A DNA stretch of 63,834 nt, the filler included, from Globobulimina sp. (lineage: Eukaryota), in assembly GCA_003354225.1 (NCBI GenBank). It is 36 parts of 36 records of this genome, joined end to end, with 100 filler letters (N's around TTAATTAATTAA, not from the genome) between each part and the next. Parts side by side here need not be neighbours in the genome. Positions count along the whole stretch, not along the records: positions 35,529 to 37,204 come from PIVH01013262.1; positions 37,305 to 38,980 come from PIVH01013263.1; positions 39,081 to 40,756 come from PIVH01013264.1; positions 40,857 to 42,532 come from PIVH01013265.1; positions 42,633 to 44,308 come from PIVH01013266.1; positions 44,409 to 46,084 come from PIVH01013267.1; positions 46,185 to 47,859 come from PIVH01013268.1; 29 more parts are not named here. One strand, 5' to 3'. A program made the translations under genes and the position numbers. Below are positions 35,718 through 47,489 of the stretch, one piece after another. Each line of letters opens with the position of its first letter. Position 1 is the first letter of the stretch. The notes beneath the pieces were generated by a model that saw nothing but the letters and a program-made list of their open reading frames with translations, was not told the origin of the DNA and did not search any database.

Positions 35718-36962
35718 TCATATTACCACTTCATATATTTTGTCAGCATTAGAATTCCAGAATCTAACAACAATATCCTTACCTCCATTATACCCAAAAT
35801 GAAATGTCGCAAATCCTCTCTCCACTGCCAAATACTTCAACTCAATCACTTCATTCCTCCCTTCCTCACTATCCACTAATCCATCAAACTCGCATCGCCC
35901 TTCATCCATGCCATGCAAACACGCACCAGCACCGCTCAAAAAAGTATCAACTATAAAATCAGCATCCATTGTCCATTCAAAATGTTCCAAACCATGATTA
36001 TGACCGCACAAATATGCTTTTATCTTCCTACTCCGCTCAAATAAAGGTCGAATATGTTTGCCCATTATCTGGGGACATCCATGCGGCCCATTTGACCATA
36101 AACAATGATGCCCCGCAATAAATATATCACGGATATTATCATCATTGTCCGCTTCCATGATAACCTTTTTAATCCATTCTATTTGCACTTCCCTGGGAAC
36201 AAACTTATCCTCATCGCGCTCATTGTATTGAGATTTTTTATCATCGTTATAATGATACCAAGCTTCATCACAGCTCCATGATTCCAATGAATCAAAGTTT
36301 GTCCTGTCATCATTATAGCACATAATAGACGAGGTATCAATGAATATGACACGGAATAACTGCGTCTGGTGCACTTCAGCTGAAACTGGGAAATCTTTAT
36401 AGTAATAATTGTAGGGCAGGTTCCAGCGCCCAGATACGGAAATGTTTGAATATTTAAATAATGCTTTTGCAGAGCCTCGCATGTCGTGGTTACCTAACAA
36501 CAAATACCACGGAGATAGGGATTTATCATACACATTCTCGAAATGATTAATGAACCAATAATTTAAATCGCTGGATGTCTCCAAATCTTTCAATGGCTGT
36601 TGTAAATGTACTCCGTTATCATAATATTGATCACCAACTGATATTACAAATGATGTGTTGTATTTTGCTTGAATGATTGACATAGCTTCAGCGACTTTTA
36701 ATTTATTATTGTAATCTTCATTTGTTTCTTCAACAATGCCCCAGTCGCCAACTAACAAAAATGATGTGTATTTCTGATTGTTGCCGTTGTGCATTGGTTT
36801 GGAGTCATAATTGTTTGAGATATCTGGTTGTATGTGTATTTGAGTAAAGATTGTTAGCACACAAATGGTGCATAATATAAACGCAATAAATTTATTTTGT
36901 GAAAGTAGTCTCGTTAATTTTAATCGTAGATTTATCCATGCAATCTTCCTCTTACTCAACAT
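35718..36962 (-). CDS. Purple acid phosphatase / tartrate-resistant acid phosphatase (ACP5-like), N-terminal TM
   Basis: All five metal motifs: GDWG, GDQYY, GNHD, GHH, GHNH. Confidence 0.93.
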   Translation of the reverse strand: MLSKRKIAWINLRLKLTRLLSQNKFIAFILCTICVLTIFTQIHIQPDISNNYDSKPMHNGNNQKYTSFLLVGDWGIVEETNEDYNNKLKVAEAMSIIQAKYNTSFVISVGDQYYDNGVHLQQPLKDLETSSDLNYWFINHFENVYDKSLSPWYLLLGNHDMRGSAKALFKYSNISVSGRWNLPYNYYYKDFPVSAEVHQTQLFRVIFIDTSSIMCYNDDRTNFDSLESWSCDEAWYHYNDDKKSQYNERDEDKFVPREVQIEWIKKVIMEADNDDNIRDIFIAGHHCLWSNGPHGCPQIMGKHIRPLFERSRKIKAYLCGHNHGLEHFEWTMDADFIVDTFLSGAGACLHGMDEGRCEFDGLVDSEEGRNEVIELKYLAVERGFATFHFGYNGGKDIVVRFWNSNADKIYEVVI

Positions 36963-36989
36963 GTTTTTTTGTTTATTTTAGAGATAACA

Positions 36990-37204
36990 ATGTTAACGCA
37001 TGGGACATGGAGGACAGTGCCAATCAGCTGCAGTATATGTTTGCGTGATATTAGTCGCTATCGGCAACGTTCGCAATGCATGAATTGTCTGAACGATCAG
37101 TTGTGTCATCGTTGTATGATAAATGGATGGTGTAAAGGTTGTTATTGTAGTAAGAAAATAATGTGCGCGTTTTGTAATGTCATTGTTAAAAAGAAAAAGC
37201 AAAA
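36990..37204 (+). CDS. Cys-rich (multi-CxxC) putative zinc-finger protein, 3' partial
   Basis: CSIC, CMNC, CHRC, CKGC, CAFC in about 70 aa. Confidence 0.45.
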
Positions 37205-37304
37205 NNNNNNNNNNNNNNNNNNNNNNNNNNNNNNNNNNNNNNNNNNNNTTAATTAATTAANNNNNNNNNNNNNNNNNNNNNNNNNNNNNNNNNNNNNNNN
37301 NNNN

Positions 37305-38780
37305 AGAATTGAGCAAAATATATATTTGAGCAGCAATTCTGATGGATCGTGTATGCAATTTATTAATGGAAATATCGATTTTGAGAATGTCGAAGATTAT
37401 TTAAATGAATGTATGAAGAATAAATGCGTAGAAATTGCAGATTATCACGCTTTACAATGTCAGTGTGAAGGACCCATCAAAAGTATTGTTATGCCGCCTA
37501 ATTGCAATGACATGGCGGATCCCAGAAGTGGACCCACCGCAAACTTAAATGCATTTGGATTGCCAGCCAGTAATGGAGCTATTGTCGGACATATGGCCTT
37601 TGCATTGGTCACAGAGCGCGACGAAGATAATTACACCGCAAATTGGACCATCGCCGGAACGGGAATTACGTTGCAGGTCAAGCCAGGTTTTAACTTTTGG
37701 ATTGATGTACTGCCCGGAATGTCGCCCGGATTGGGAATGATTCGCGATATGTTTTTGTATGACGGAGAGGTGCAACTGAACGGGTTTATTAGTTTTGAGA
37801 ATAAATTCCGATTAAACGGAGTGATTCGGGAATTGGCGCTGGATGAAGGGAAGAAATACATTCCTTATTTGAATGTAACAATTTCCAACGTAGCGCCTTA
37901 TTTCATTGGCGAAGGTGAAATATATTTAAATCGTGATTTTTTAGGCTTGCCCAATATGAGGGACATATTGTATTTTCTGTTTGATTTTGCTATTCCGGAG
38001 GAAGAGAAGGAAGACGCAAACGCATTAAGTGAAGAGGAACAATATGAGAAGGATTACTTGCAACGAATTTACAATGCACGGGAAAGCATGGAACATGGCG
38101 TGAATTTTATATTGGAATATGCTGAGATTGGTAAAAGCTATGCGTATATGTCTTTGGTTATGGCAGAGAATGCTAACTTAGATTTGTCATTTGGTTTTAA
38201 AGCATTTGCATTGGAACGCGTCGATTTAGTGATTGCGATATCGATGGGAGAAGCAGTGAAATCCACGGATAAAAGACCAAACATTTGCAGTGGTTTCAGT
38301 GCGCGTATTTTAGCAGACATCAATATTTTGGGTCATTGGATGTGGATTGATTACGCACAGAATGCGTGCAAGCAAGGAAAGGCGAATCCGATTATCATTC
38401 AATGGACATCGACCATTGAATTATGGCAGACATAACAAAACCAGGTATTTGTATGTATTATTTGTTTTGTATGCATGGGTCTGTTAACTGTTTGACGCCA
38501 AAGATATGTGGCTGGCAAAGAAGATATTTGCATGCAATTAGATAAAAAACGCTTTAATTCCACAAAAGAGGATGATTCGTTGAGTGGATTGACAGCTGCG
38601 TCCGGAATGCCGTTGCAAGAGAAGAGGGAAACTGTGGAGAACACTGCGGCCAATGCGTCCAAAGCAGAGAGCACAGCCAACGAATATGATGTATTGGGAG
38701 TTAGCATATACACAACGGGCTTAATGGTGTACCCCACCACATTGTCAATTCGCGGCAAAGGGTCGTTGAGATTGACATTC
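37305..38780 (+). CDS. Internal fragment of a large unknown protein; probable intron about 38444-38503; joined to GC-rich DNA after about 38780
   Basis: 369-aa ORF followed by a second co-oriented ORF; no recognisable family. Confidence 0.5.
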
Positions 38781-39080
38781 ATGGACGGCTGCTATGCGTG
38801 GCAGACGCTGACGACGGCGATCAGACTGGAGCGCTCGTGGCCGGTCGCCCTCTACAAGTGCATCGACCAGCCGGCGTTCACCGACGAAGCGCTCTGCGCT
38901 ATCGCAGGGTCGTATTGCGACCAGGCACGCCATCTGTTCGCCTGGCCGACTGGACACAACTGGCTGACGGAAGAGTGCATNNNNNNNNNNNNNNNNNNNN
39001 NNNNNNNNNNNNNNNNNNNNNNNNTTAATTAATTAANNNNNNNNNNNNNNNNNNNNNNNNNNNNNNNNNNNNNNNNNNNN

Positions 39081-39422
39081 GTTTGGGGAATTGATATTGA
39101 CGCGGTTGCCGTTGATGTCGCCATAAAAAATCTAATGCAAAACCAGATAGATTCTTCAAAGTTTAAAGTTTTTACCGGCAGCCTTGATGAAATTCCTACA
39201 AGAAAATTTAACCTTGTTGCAGCCAATATATTATCTGAAGTTATTGTTACCCTGCTTCACAATATTAAAAATATTTTAGATGAAAACGGGATCATTATCT
39301 GCTCAGGAATTATTGAAAAAAATAAGAATTTGGTTTTAGAAAAGATGGAATCACTCGATTTTAAAATTATTGAAATAGTTAATAGAGAAAGCTGGGTATG
39401 CATAGCCGCATCACAGGGATGA
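39081..39422 (+). CDS. prmA: Ribosomal protein L11 methyltransferase, C-terminal part (bacterial)
   Basis: GIDIDAVAVDVA..N...N; FNLVAANIL; GIIICSGII; ESWVCI. Confidence 0.92.
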   Translation, partial: VWGIDIDAVAVDVAIKNLMQNQIDSSKFKVFTGSLDEIPTRKFNLVAANILSEVIVTLLHNIKNILDENGIIICSGIIEKNKNLVLEKMESLDFKIIEIVNRESWVCIAASQG

Positions 39423-39621
39423 TTTGATTCAAGCCCACACAACTTATATTGTATTCACAAATTCTGTTAACTACCACACATCCAATTATAATCATTAAGA
39501 TTATATTCAAACCTTAAAACTTCCACAACATAAATTGTTTGCACGTTTTCTCTATCCACAGTCATGCCGGTGCATCATAATAGCCAATAAATTCTATATC
39601 TTTTAAGTTCAAAACCACCAT

Positions 39622-39637
39622 TGGCACACCCATTGCT
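39622..39637 (+). promoter_or_regulatory. Sigma-54 (-24/-12) promoter
   Basis: TGGCAC-ACCCA-TTGCT with exact GG-N10-GC spacing, upstream of the PilZ gene. Confidence 0.75.
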
Positions 39638-39856
39638 CACTATATTCGATAAAAAATGGTCTGCCAAATACAGTAGATTTTATAATCATCAATTGGTGAA
39701 GGAGAGTGAAACTATGAAATCCAAAATCATTTTATCCGCGTGCATTTTTATTACAACCTTTTCATCAATTTAATTTGACACCGGAAAACCAGGATATCCA
39801 GATGAATTTGATCATGAACAGCCTACTCTTAACGGACTCATTCTTCGGAGGTTATT

Positions 39857-40477
39857 ATGAGCATATGCACTGAAAATGAATTTGTCGAAAGAAGAAAACA
39901 CCGTAGATACGAAGTTGAAAACGGTTCATTAGTTGCATTCAACCATTGTACCCCGAAATTTGGCCAGATTATTGATTTAAGTATAGGAGGCCTTGCTTTT
40001 CGTTATATTGAAAACTGTGAAATGAAGCCTGTAAAAGAGTTTTCTGAAATAGACATATTGGTGCCAGAAGAAGGTTTTTATTTAGACAGGATACCAATAA
40101 AGAGTTTAGTTGACATTGAAATAACGACCGAAATCCCCCTCAGCGATTCGACTATGTGGCAACATTGTGTTCAGTTTGAGACCATGACTCAGAATCAGAG
40201 ATCACGCCTGGAATTCTTTATTAATAATTACACGAAAAATAAATATGAAGAACACCCGCCACCTTATTTTGTAAAAAATGAAAAGGGGAAGAATGTCGGC
40301 ATCACTATTCTCGAACTCTATTTTGGAAATCTCTGGCAGTTAACACTGGATCGACTTGATCATTATCTGGATGGATATTTATTAACTATTCAACATCAGG
40401 GATATAAATATAAAATTTATCGCGGCTTAGAACCATTTCACAGGTATTATCCGGCATTACGCATGATCACGTCTTAA
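39857..40477 (+). CDS. PilZ-domain c-di-GMP-binding protein (Desulfobacterales-like) with C-terminal extension
   Basis: ERRKHRRY (RxxxR) and IDLSIGGLAF (DxSxxG); RBS GGAGG upstream. Confidence 0.88.
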   Translation: MSICTENEFVERRKHRRYEVENGSLVAFNHCTPKFGQIIDLSIGGLAFRYIENCEMKPVKEFSEIDILVPEEGFYLDRIPIKSLVDIEITTEIPLSDSTMWQHCVQFETMTQNQRSRLEFFINNYTKNKYEEHPPPYFVKNEKGKNVGITILELYFGNLWQLTLDRLDHYLDGYLLTIQHQGYKYKIYRGLEPFHRYYPALRMITS

Positions 40478-40738
40478 TTTTTAGGCAGATAATATTAATT
40501 TTCATCAAAAATCGAGTAAATAATAAAAGTTTTCTCAATAGAAAAAAAACTGAATAAACCCTGCAACTTTTGTTGATTAAGCAACTTTTGTTAAGCACGT
40601 TAACTATTTGACATCATAAATTTAATTTTGTTTTTCACGATTTCTCTGCAACCTAGGTTACAACGTTTTTTTTCGCAGTTTCTTTTCAATAAGCATTTTT
40701 AATTATATATATCTAATAGTTATATATATTATTCATTG

Positions 40739-40754
40739 TGGCACAGCATTTGCT
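40739..40754 (+). promoter_or_regulatory. Second sigma-54 promoter (target gene off contig)
   Basis: TGGCAC-AGCAT-TTGCT with GG-N10-GC; upstream GCAACTTTTGTT direct repeat and AT-rich tract. Confidence 0.7.
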
Positions 40755-40904
40755 TTNNNNNNNNNNNNNNNNNNNNNNNNNNNNNNNNNNNNNNNNNNNN
40801 TTAATTAATTAANNNNNNNNNNNNNNNNNNNNNNNNNNNNNNNNNNNNNNNNNNNNTCCGTCGTCGTCGTCGTTGCTGTAGTAAGTAGCAGTAGCTAGTA
40901 GTAA

Positions 40905-42206
40905 CTAGCTAGGTAGTAGCACTACTAATACTGGCAAGGATAGTATGTAATCCATAGTAATCGTTTTTGGATTACAATTCTTATTATTGCTCCATTCAAA
41001 ACTATTCAAAACCGGTTTCCCTGCTTCCACATCGGGGAAAATATCATCTTGGAACACATCACCACCACGTTTTCGTGGTACAATAATTGAAATAGGTTCA
41101 ATTGCATCCCGTGTTAATTTTAAAAATCGATTTATTTCACATTTCCAAACATCGCATGCTCGTTTTGGTATAAAACATCCACCTCTTTGAGGGTTCACAC
41201 TTCTGTACATACCCAAATGATAACAAATTCTCGCATCATTAATAAGTTCATACCATGACAAAGTGCCATCACCTTTGCCGAAACTATACAATAAACCAAG
41301 CTCGTTATCATAATATGGCACAATAATTGAAGCAGACTGATCAATGTCTTTTGAATATATTGGTTTGGATAAATTCTTCAAATCCCACATTTTAAGTTGC
41401 CGTTTGGCTGTTTTACTAAACCCAAAACTACCAATCCATCCCATATTATTCACCCAAAATACATTGGAAGCCTTAGCAGCTCCAAAGGCAAACTGCGAAG
41501 TGGCTTCATTCAATTGTCTCGGATCAAATATTCGAATGTGTTTATCCTTTCCAGTCATTGCTAACTGAGAACCATCGACATTCCATTCCATTGACCATAT
41601 TTGACATTTTGTATCTAATTTGTTTGATTTTGTTTGTTGGAAACTCATCAATGTATAATCGATATATATACCTTTGAATGTCATTATATTTTGAGCTAAC
41701 TCAATGTTCCATATTTTAATGGTTTTATCAAACGAAGATGTGGCTAATATTGAGTTTGAACATGGATTAAATTTGCATTGATTGATTTTCTTTGAATGTC
41801 CAATCATTACAATATCAGCGTTGGTAATATTGTTTCTTAAACCATCGATTGGGAATGTTGTTATTGCCACAGTGCAATCTTCAGAAACTGTGGCAATCAT
41901 ATTTGTGATAAATGGATGAAAATCATGATCTAATGTTTTACCTTTGTGTACACATAGTAATGGCTGATTTGATGGTATTTGGTGTGGTTTATCAAGTACT
42001 AAAATATAAACTGGACCACCTGCAGCAACTTTTGATACAGCAATAAATTTATCATTGGCAGATACATAATTTGATTGTCCTGTAGTTAGTGGTCTCTTTA
42101 TGTCACGAAACCATTTGTCTGCCCTTTGACGATCCCCATAAACATGTCTAAATTTGCGTGATCTTTTACCTGCTGCTGCCATTTGACCTAATGTGGTTAT
42201 GGACAT
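40905..42206 (-). CDS. Coronin (WD40 actin regulator); C-terminal coiled coil replaced by simple-repeat sequence
   Basis: SRKFRHVYG, HKGKTLDHDFHPF..ATVSEDCT, GKGDGT..YE, PQRGGCFIPKR..DV..CEINRF, IVPRK..DVFQDDIFP. Confidence 0.95.
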   Translation of the reverse strand: MSITTLGQMAAAGKRSRKFRHVYGDRQRADKWFRDIKRPLTTGQSNYVSANDKFIAVSKVAAGGPVYILVLDKPHQIPSNQPLLCVHKGKTLDHDFHPFITNMIATVSEDCTVAITTFPIDGLRNNITNADIVMIGHSKKINQCKFNPCSNSILATSSFDKTIKIWNIELAQNIMTFKGIYIDYTLMSFQQTKSNKLDTKCQIWSMEWNVDGSQLAMTGKDKHIRIFDPRQLNEATSQFAFGAAKASNVFWVNNMGWIGSFGFSKTAKRQLKMWDLKNLSKPIYSKDIDQSASIIVPYYDNELGLLYSFGKGDGTLSWYELINDARICYHLGMYRSVNPQRGGCFIPKRACDVWKCEINRFLKLTRDAIEPISIIVPRKRGGDVFQDDIFPDVEAGKPVLNSFEWSNNKNCNPKTITMDYILSLPVLVVLLPS

Positions 42207-42632
42207 GATTTAGTGTCTCAGTTTATTTTCTGGTGCGTAAAACTGTGTCCAAAACAAAACTTGTGTTGTTTCAGACACACTTTTTGCAAAACATAAGATT
42301 TAAACAAATTGAAATTAAGGATACCTAGAAATGGGACCACTAAGCTCCTTACGGATGCGCATATAAGAACCCCTAACCTAAACGATGAGTTTTTTAGAAA
42401 GTTATTACTTTCCCTGTAGAATGGTTCGAAAGGATTTCGTTCCAGTTTTTTTAGAATGGTGATAATGGAGCCACCATCTTCCAGCACTGCAAGGATATTC
42501 TAAAATCAAATCCTTTTTAACCAATCTACAGGNNNNNNNNNNNNNNNNNNNNNNNNNNNNNNNNNNNNNNNNNNNNTTAATTAATTAANNNNNNNNNNNN
42601 NNNNNNNNNNNNNNNNNNNNNNNNNNNNNNNN

Positions 42633-42855
42633 TTTTGTCACGGAGATATGCATCCGTTGAATGTGATCTGGGATCAGGAGCAAATCAAGGCGGTGATTGA
42701 TTGGGAATTCTCGGGAATAAAACCGGACCTCTATGATGCGGCCAACATTGTCGGGTGTGCTGGCATTGAAGATCCCAAGGGGTTGGGTCAGCCAATGGTT
42801 ATGACCTTTATTAAAACAATGAAGAATAGCAGAATTTATAGTGATATTGGGTGGT
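42633..42855 (+). CDS. Bacterial APH/homoserine kinase type II-fold phosphotransferase fragment
   Basis: FCHGDMHPLNVIW...VIDWEFSG..PDLYDAAN. Confidence 0.8.
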
Positions 42856-43352
42856 GGCGAATTTGGTGAAGCCTCAAAAACGGCGGAGTTATATGCATTA
42901 AATTGCAACAAATCAATTACTTTGCGAGATATGCAGAGTGAAAAGGATTTTGCACTGAGTTTGTATGATGATAAATTTCATAGAATCATAGTAAGTGAGA
43001 CATTCAGGTTTGTATATTCACATTTGACACACAAAATATTTTATGTTTTACAAACTGTTTTGCTAAAAGGACAAATCAGACTCATTTTCATCATAGACGG
43101 CATATGGAATGGTATGATATCAATAAGGACATATGGATGATAATTGAGAATGATATGGATATGGATCAAGTGAGTAATATGTTTATGTCGAAGGTAAATC
43201 CAAATATATTGTTTTTTGTTGGGAGGAAAGAATTAAACATATTGGTAAATCGATTTGATTTAAGAAATTGTGAATGCAGAGTTGTGACCAATTTAAATAA
43301 GGTGTTAGGAAAAAATGGATGGAGATATGATGTTTCTACTTTGTTTTTGTAA
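42856..43352 (+). CDS. C-terminal fragment of a eukaryotic Kelch-like protein (intron-split)
   Basis: GG..SKTAELY, (M)EWYDINKDIW; AT-rich composition. Confidence 0.45.
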
Positions 43353-43534
43353 TTTATCCAATATTTGCATGTAACTTGAGATATATAATGTATATTAAAC
43401 ACTAAAACTGCGTTCTTTGCCAGTTCTTTTTTTTGGAATTAGTTTCCCAAAATCACCTTTGATTAGCCCCGTCTTCACACACCACTGAAATAGACACAAC
43501 TAACAACCTAAATTGATTGCGATCTCTATCGATC

Positions 43535-44308
43535 ATGACGACTCTTAGCTCTTTGCCTTTGTCATTACAGCGGGGACGATGTGATAAAACAGCTCATTTT
43601 GATCATCAGAGTATCCCCAAAGGACAGCAGTTTGCATTGATGACATCATACCAAACAACAGTTAAACAAAAATGTGGTTTGATGCTATCATTCATATTTA
43701 TGGTATCATCAATTGTGGTATTTCCACGATCATACGAGATCTATAGAACTGTTTTATTTATTTTTATGTTGTTATCATCATTACTTTTAATTCCTTATTA
43801 TTTTGGAATATTTGACCATTCAGAAAAATGGTTATCTTTTTTACTTATTATTAATAAAAATGTCGATGAAAAATATGTTGATAACAAAGTGTATTTGCTC
43901 CAAGAATCCACGCAAACAAACTATAGAACCATTGCAATTTTAGAAAATATAACCTTTGCCGATATAGAAATTATTAAAAATAATATCAACTCATTTACGA
44001 TCAAGATAAAAGGGGTTGTATTTAATAATAATCCTATATCAAACAGACGAGCAGCAACATTCGTTAATGAAGTAATGAATTTCTTATATAATAATAATAT
44101 CGCCACTGCGAATCGTGTAGAATTTGAGAAAGTGTCCAAAGGCAAATGTAAATGGCTGGGCTGTGATGTGTGCGGTTTTAATGGATGTTCGATGTTTATA
44201 ATGCTGTGGTTCATGTCTCTGAGTATATTATTTGTTGCAGTTCCAACCAATGATATACATCATACGTTATGTAATTATCATACGTTATATAAGGATGACA
44301 ATCATACG
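43535..44308 (+). CDS. Hypothetical multi-TM protein, 3' partial
   Basis: Three hydrophobic segments in a long ORF. Confidence 0.5.
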
Positions 44309-44408
44309 NNNNNNNNNNNNNNNNNNNNNNNNNNNNNNNNNNNNNNNNNNNNTTAATTAATTAANNNNNNNNNNNNNNNNNNNNNNNNNNNNNNNNNNNN
44401 NNNNNNNN

Positions 44409-44998
44409 TTGTTGTTGCATTATATAGTTATGCAAGGGACGAATTTTTGCGCACAGGAATATTTATGGATACCTTTGAAACTTGTATTAAATGGAGTTTA
44501 TTGGCGCAGCTACACGAGAATATATGCAATACTGTACAGCATAATATTGCAAGATTATTTTATAAGAATTGTTTTTATTTATTAACCAAAAGATTTACGC
44601 ATGTTTATAGTGATGGAGTGAGTATATATTTTACATTGATTATTGATCCACGGAAAGAGTGGAGGAAGAAATATGGAAAGAATTATAAAGAGTATTTACG
44701 TGAGTTATATTCAGCGTGGTGTGAGTTGAAAAATAATATTCAAGAATGTATTGTAACGAATGTTGGTTCGGCAACTCATCATCCTGTTGTTGGAAAGGAT
44801 CATTCTCCAAGTTTTGTTAAAGAAGTTGGCATTCAAAATATTGAATGGATGATCTCATTGAAAAAGCATTTTGATCCAAATTGGATTCTTAATCCTGGTG
44901 TATTAATTCCATACATTCCAAATAAATCATTAGTTGCTGATATTGACAGATACGTTCCAAATAATTTTGTTCGTACATTCATGCCATCAAAACTTTAA
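44409..44998 (+). CDS. FAD-linked oxidase C-terminus, alkyl-DHAP synthase (AGPS)-like, with PTS1 (-SKL); 5' partial
   Basis: DTFETCIKW, RFTHVYSDGVSIYFT, THHPVVGKDH, LKKHFDPNWILNPGVL, ends PSKL*. Confidence 0.8.
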
Positions 44999-45165
44999 TT
45001 TTTTTCTTTCTAAATCATCCAAATTAACCGTACGTTTGTATCAACGCAATTGACTTTTTAGGTTAAAAATTCACTTCATTTCAGTGCAAAAAACTTTAAA
45101 AAACTTAGTCAATCACCTAACACTCCCAGTTTCTAAACAAAAATATGTACAAAAACAACAACATT

Positions 45166-46026
45166 TTACGTATTTTGTGTCCAATGTGATGACACAAGTT
45201 CAATCGTTTTCGGTTGGTATCCCATTGCTGTGATAAGAATATATTTTTCTTTTGGCATTTTTACGGTAAACCCAATATCTTGACCATTCATTGAATAACA
45301 CATTTCAAAATTTCCCAGATCTAAATGCATATCCAATACGTCGCCGGCTTTATTGAAACGTTGGCATCCTTTGGCAATCGACACTTCTCCTAAGTGTGTG
45401 TTATAAAGTATAGCTTTTTCATTGTGCGCATACAATGTCCCACAGCTGCTTGGATGGGTTGCAGTAAGTGCTAAATTGTCAGATTTAACTACGCCAAGCA
45501 TAAAGTAATGATTATATGATCGTATCTTAAACTTCCAATGATAACTATGCGGTGGTTCACATATCTTTGTTCCATAAATACTGCACCATTTGGATGTAGA
45601 TGGGCCTTTAATGACAGCTCCATTTTCTTTGACTTCGGTAAGATCACTTTTGTTGTTTTCATTCCATGAATCACCAAAAGGTTTTTCCAATTCGACCATC
45701 ATTCCTTGTAAATAGCTCATATTCGAAAATCTGAAAAATAATTTTGTATAATTTTTTATATTATTAATTGTAACGATCGTTTCTTGTTCTTTGTCAATGC
45801 GAATGCCTTTTTTTTGAATGAATTGACTTTTTATCGGTGCAATATCTAATTGCTGCTGTTTGCCTTCTTTCTCGTCTTTCTCGTCTTTTTCATTTTCAGT
45901 GTTAGCACCTTCGAAACATTCAAGCTTTAATTGATTATTTGCTTTTACGTTTTGTCTTAATTTCCATACAATTGTAATTGTTCCATTTTTATTATTTCTT
46001 AGATCTGTTATCTGCGGTACTGTCAT
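45166..46026 (-). CDS. B30.2/SPRY-like domain protein (FN3-like N-terminal part)
   Basis: YHWKFKI..FMLGVV..GDVLDMHLDL...MCYSMNGQDIG. Confidence 0.7.
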   Translation of the reverse strand: MTVPQITDLRNNKNGTITIVWKLRQNVKANNQLKLECFEGANTENEKDEKDEKEGKQQQLDIAPIKSQFIQKKGIRIDKEQETIVTINNIKNYTKLFFRFSNMSYLQGMMVELEKPFGDSWNENNKSDLTEVKENGAVIKGPSTSKWCSIYGTKICEPPHSYHWKFKIRSYNHYFMLGVVKSDNLALTATHPSSCGTLYAHNEKAILYNTHLGEVSIAKGCQRFNKAGDVLDMHLDLGNFEMCYSMNGQDIGFTVKMPKEKYILITAMGYQPKTIELVSSHWTQNT

Positions 46027-46244
46027 AATATCCCTGTTGTTATTCTTAAGGGTGTCAACTTTGCAGAAAACATTTATAAAAAATNNNNNNNNNNNNNNNN
46101 NNNNNNNNNNNNNNNNNNNNNNNNNNNNTTAATTAATTAANNNNNNNNNNNNNNNNNNNNNNNNNNNNNNNNNNNNNNNNNNNNTGGCCAAGCGGCTCGA
46201 GCCTTACGAGCCTCTTTTGCGATGCGAGGCTTGCCCTGCGTCAG

Positions 46245-47340
46245 CCATTGGCAATAATGGTCAGTGTCGATCTCTTTGTAGCCACAGACCAGAGTACGGA
46301 GGCCAGAGCCGGCAAATACTTGTAAGCTTTGTAAGGTTTTGTTCCATTCGTCGATCAGAACTTGATCGCCATTTGGTTTATAGTCAGATATTAAGCGTTG
46401 ATAAATCACATTATCTGCGCCTTTTGAGTATAATTTGATTTTATCGTCGCGTTCATCTTTGACAATAACACTCATTCTCTTCCGTTTGGAGGTGAATTCT
46501 AACATATTATACACATCAAATTGGTGTTTCTCGCCAAATATATTCACATAAAATCTGTGCCCATCAATCATTTGCTTGACATTGTCCATTTGTAATATTT
46601 GCACGTGTGCTTTGTAAAAATAATAATGCATATTTTTGGCAAATACAACCAGTGCTTTCTCGTCTGGCGAGGAGGCATTATATACAATGGGGCCATCCTC
46701 ACCCATCGGATATTGAGGGATTATGCTGTGGCAAACTGATAACAATGTTAAAAATTCATTGATTTTACAATTATTTCTGCGTTGTGCTAACCGGTTATCT
46801 GTAAATAGGCATTTTGTTTCATCGAAGCTGGGCATATTTGTGGGAGTTGGTACTCGTCCAACAAAATCATTTTGTTTTTCCATTTCATTTGGTCCATATC
46901 GAACACCATCAACATGACATTTACAAAAAGCCATTTTATTTTCCGTCAAAGTACCCGTTTTGTCACTGAATATATACGATATTTGACCTAATTCTTCATT
47001 CAAATTACTAGTCCGCGCTTGTGCTCTGATCTTAATTACTTTGGCCGCTTTCATCCACAACAACAGAGACCATATTATCATCGCATGTGATTAAATACGC
47101 CTGCGTGAATTTGACTAATTCCATGCTGACATACAATGAAATTGGCACCAAAATGTCCAACAACACCAGAAATGTAAAATAATTTAAGATTGCTTGTTCC
47201 GCATAATTTGTTTCCGGACTCCCATCAGAATTAATATATTGATACCAATGTGCATCAGAATTAATATTCAACCAAACCCCATGATATATGGCAGCAAATA
47301 TGCACAATATCTGTTGCACGAAAAATATAAAATACAGCCC
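46245..47340 (-). pseudogene. P4-type ATPase (phospholipid flippase) fragment with 1-nt frameshift near 47040; both ends joined to unrelated DNA
   Basis: [72 protein letters not shown]. Confidence 0.85.
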
Positions 47341-47489
47341 ATAATCTACAATAATGTCAACATATCTGTCACAGATGGCAACCAATTGTTTCCTGACATC
47401 CACCACGGATTACTGTACTTATTCGCCTTCCATTTGTTATACACACACAACAATGTAATGTGATCCCCTTCAGACTCAAACATAGCGAG

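Noticed and set aside
38780-38980. GC-rich C-terminus of ORF 38508-39032 as a real domain or HGT
   Set aside because: Abrupt composition jump near a contig end, all frames open, no motif; most simply a chimera
40905-40945. Coronin with a novel hydrophobic C-terminal tail (ILSLPVLVVLLPS)
   Set aside because: Tail is read-through into TAG/CTA simple-repeat DNA at the contig edge
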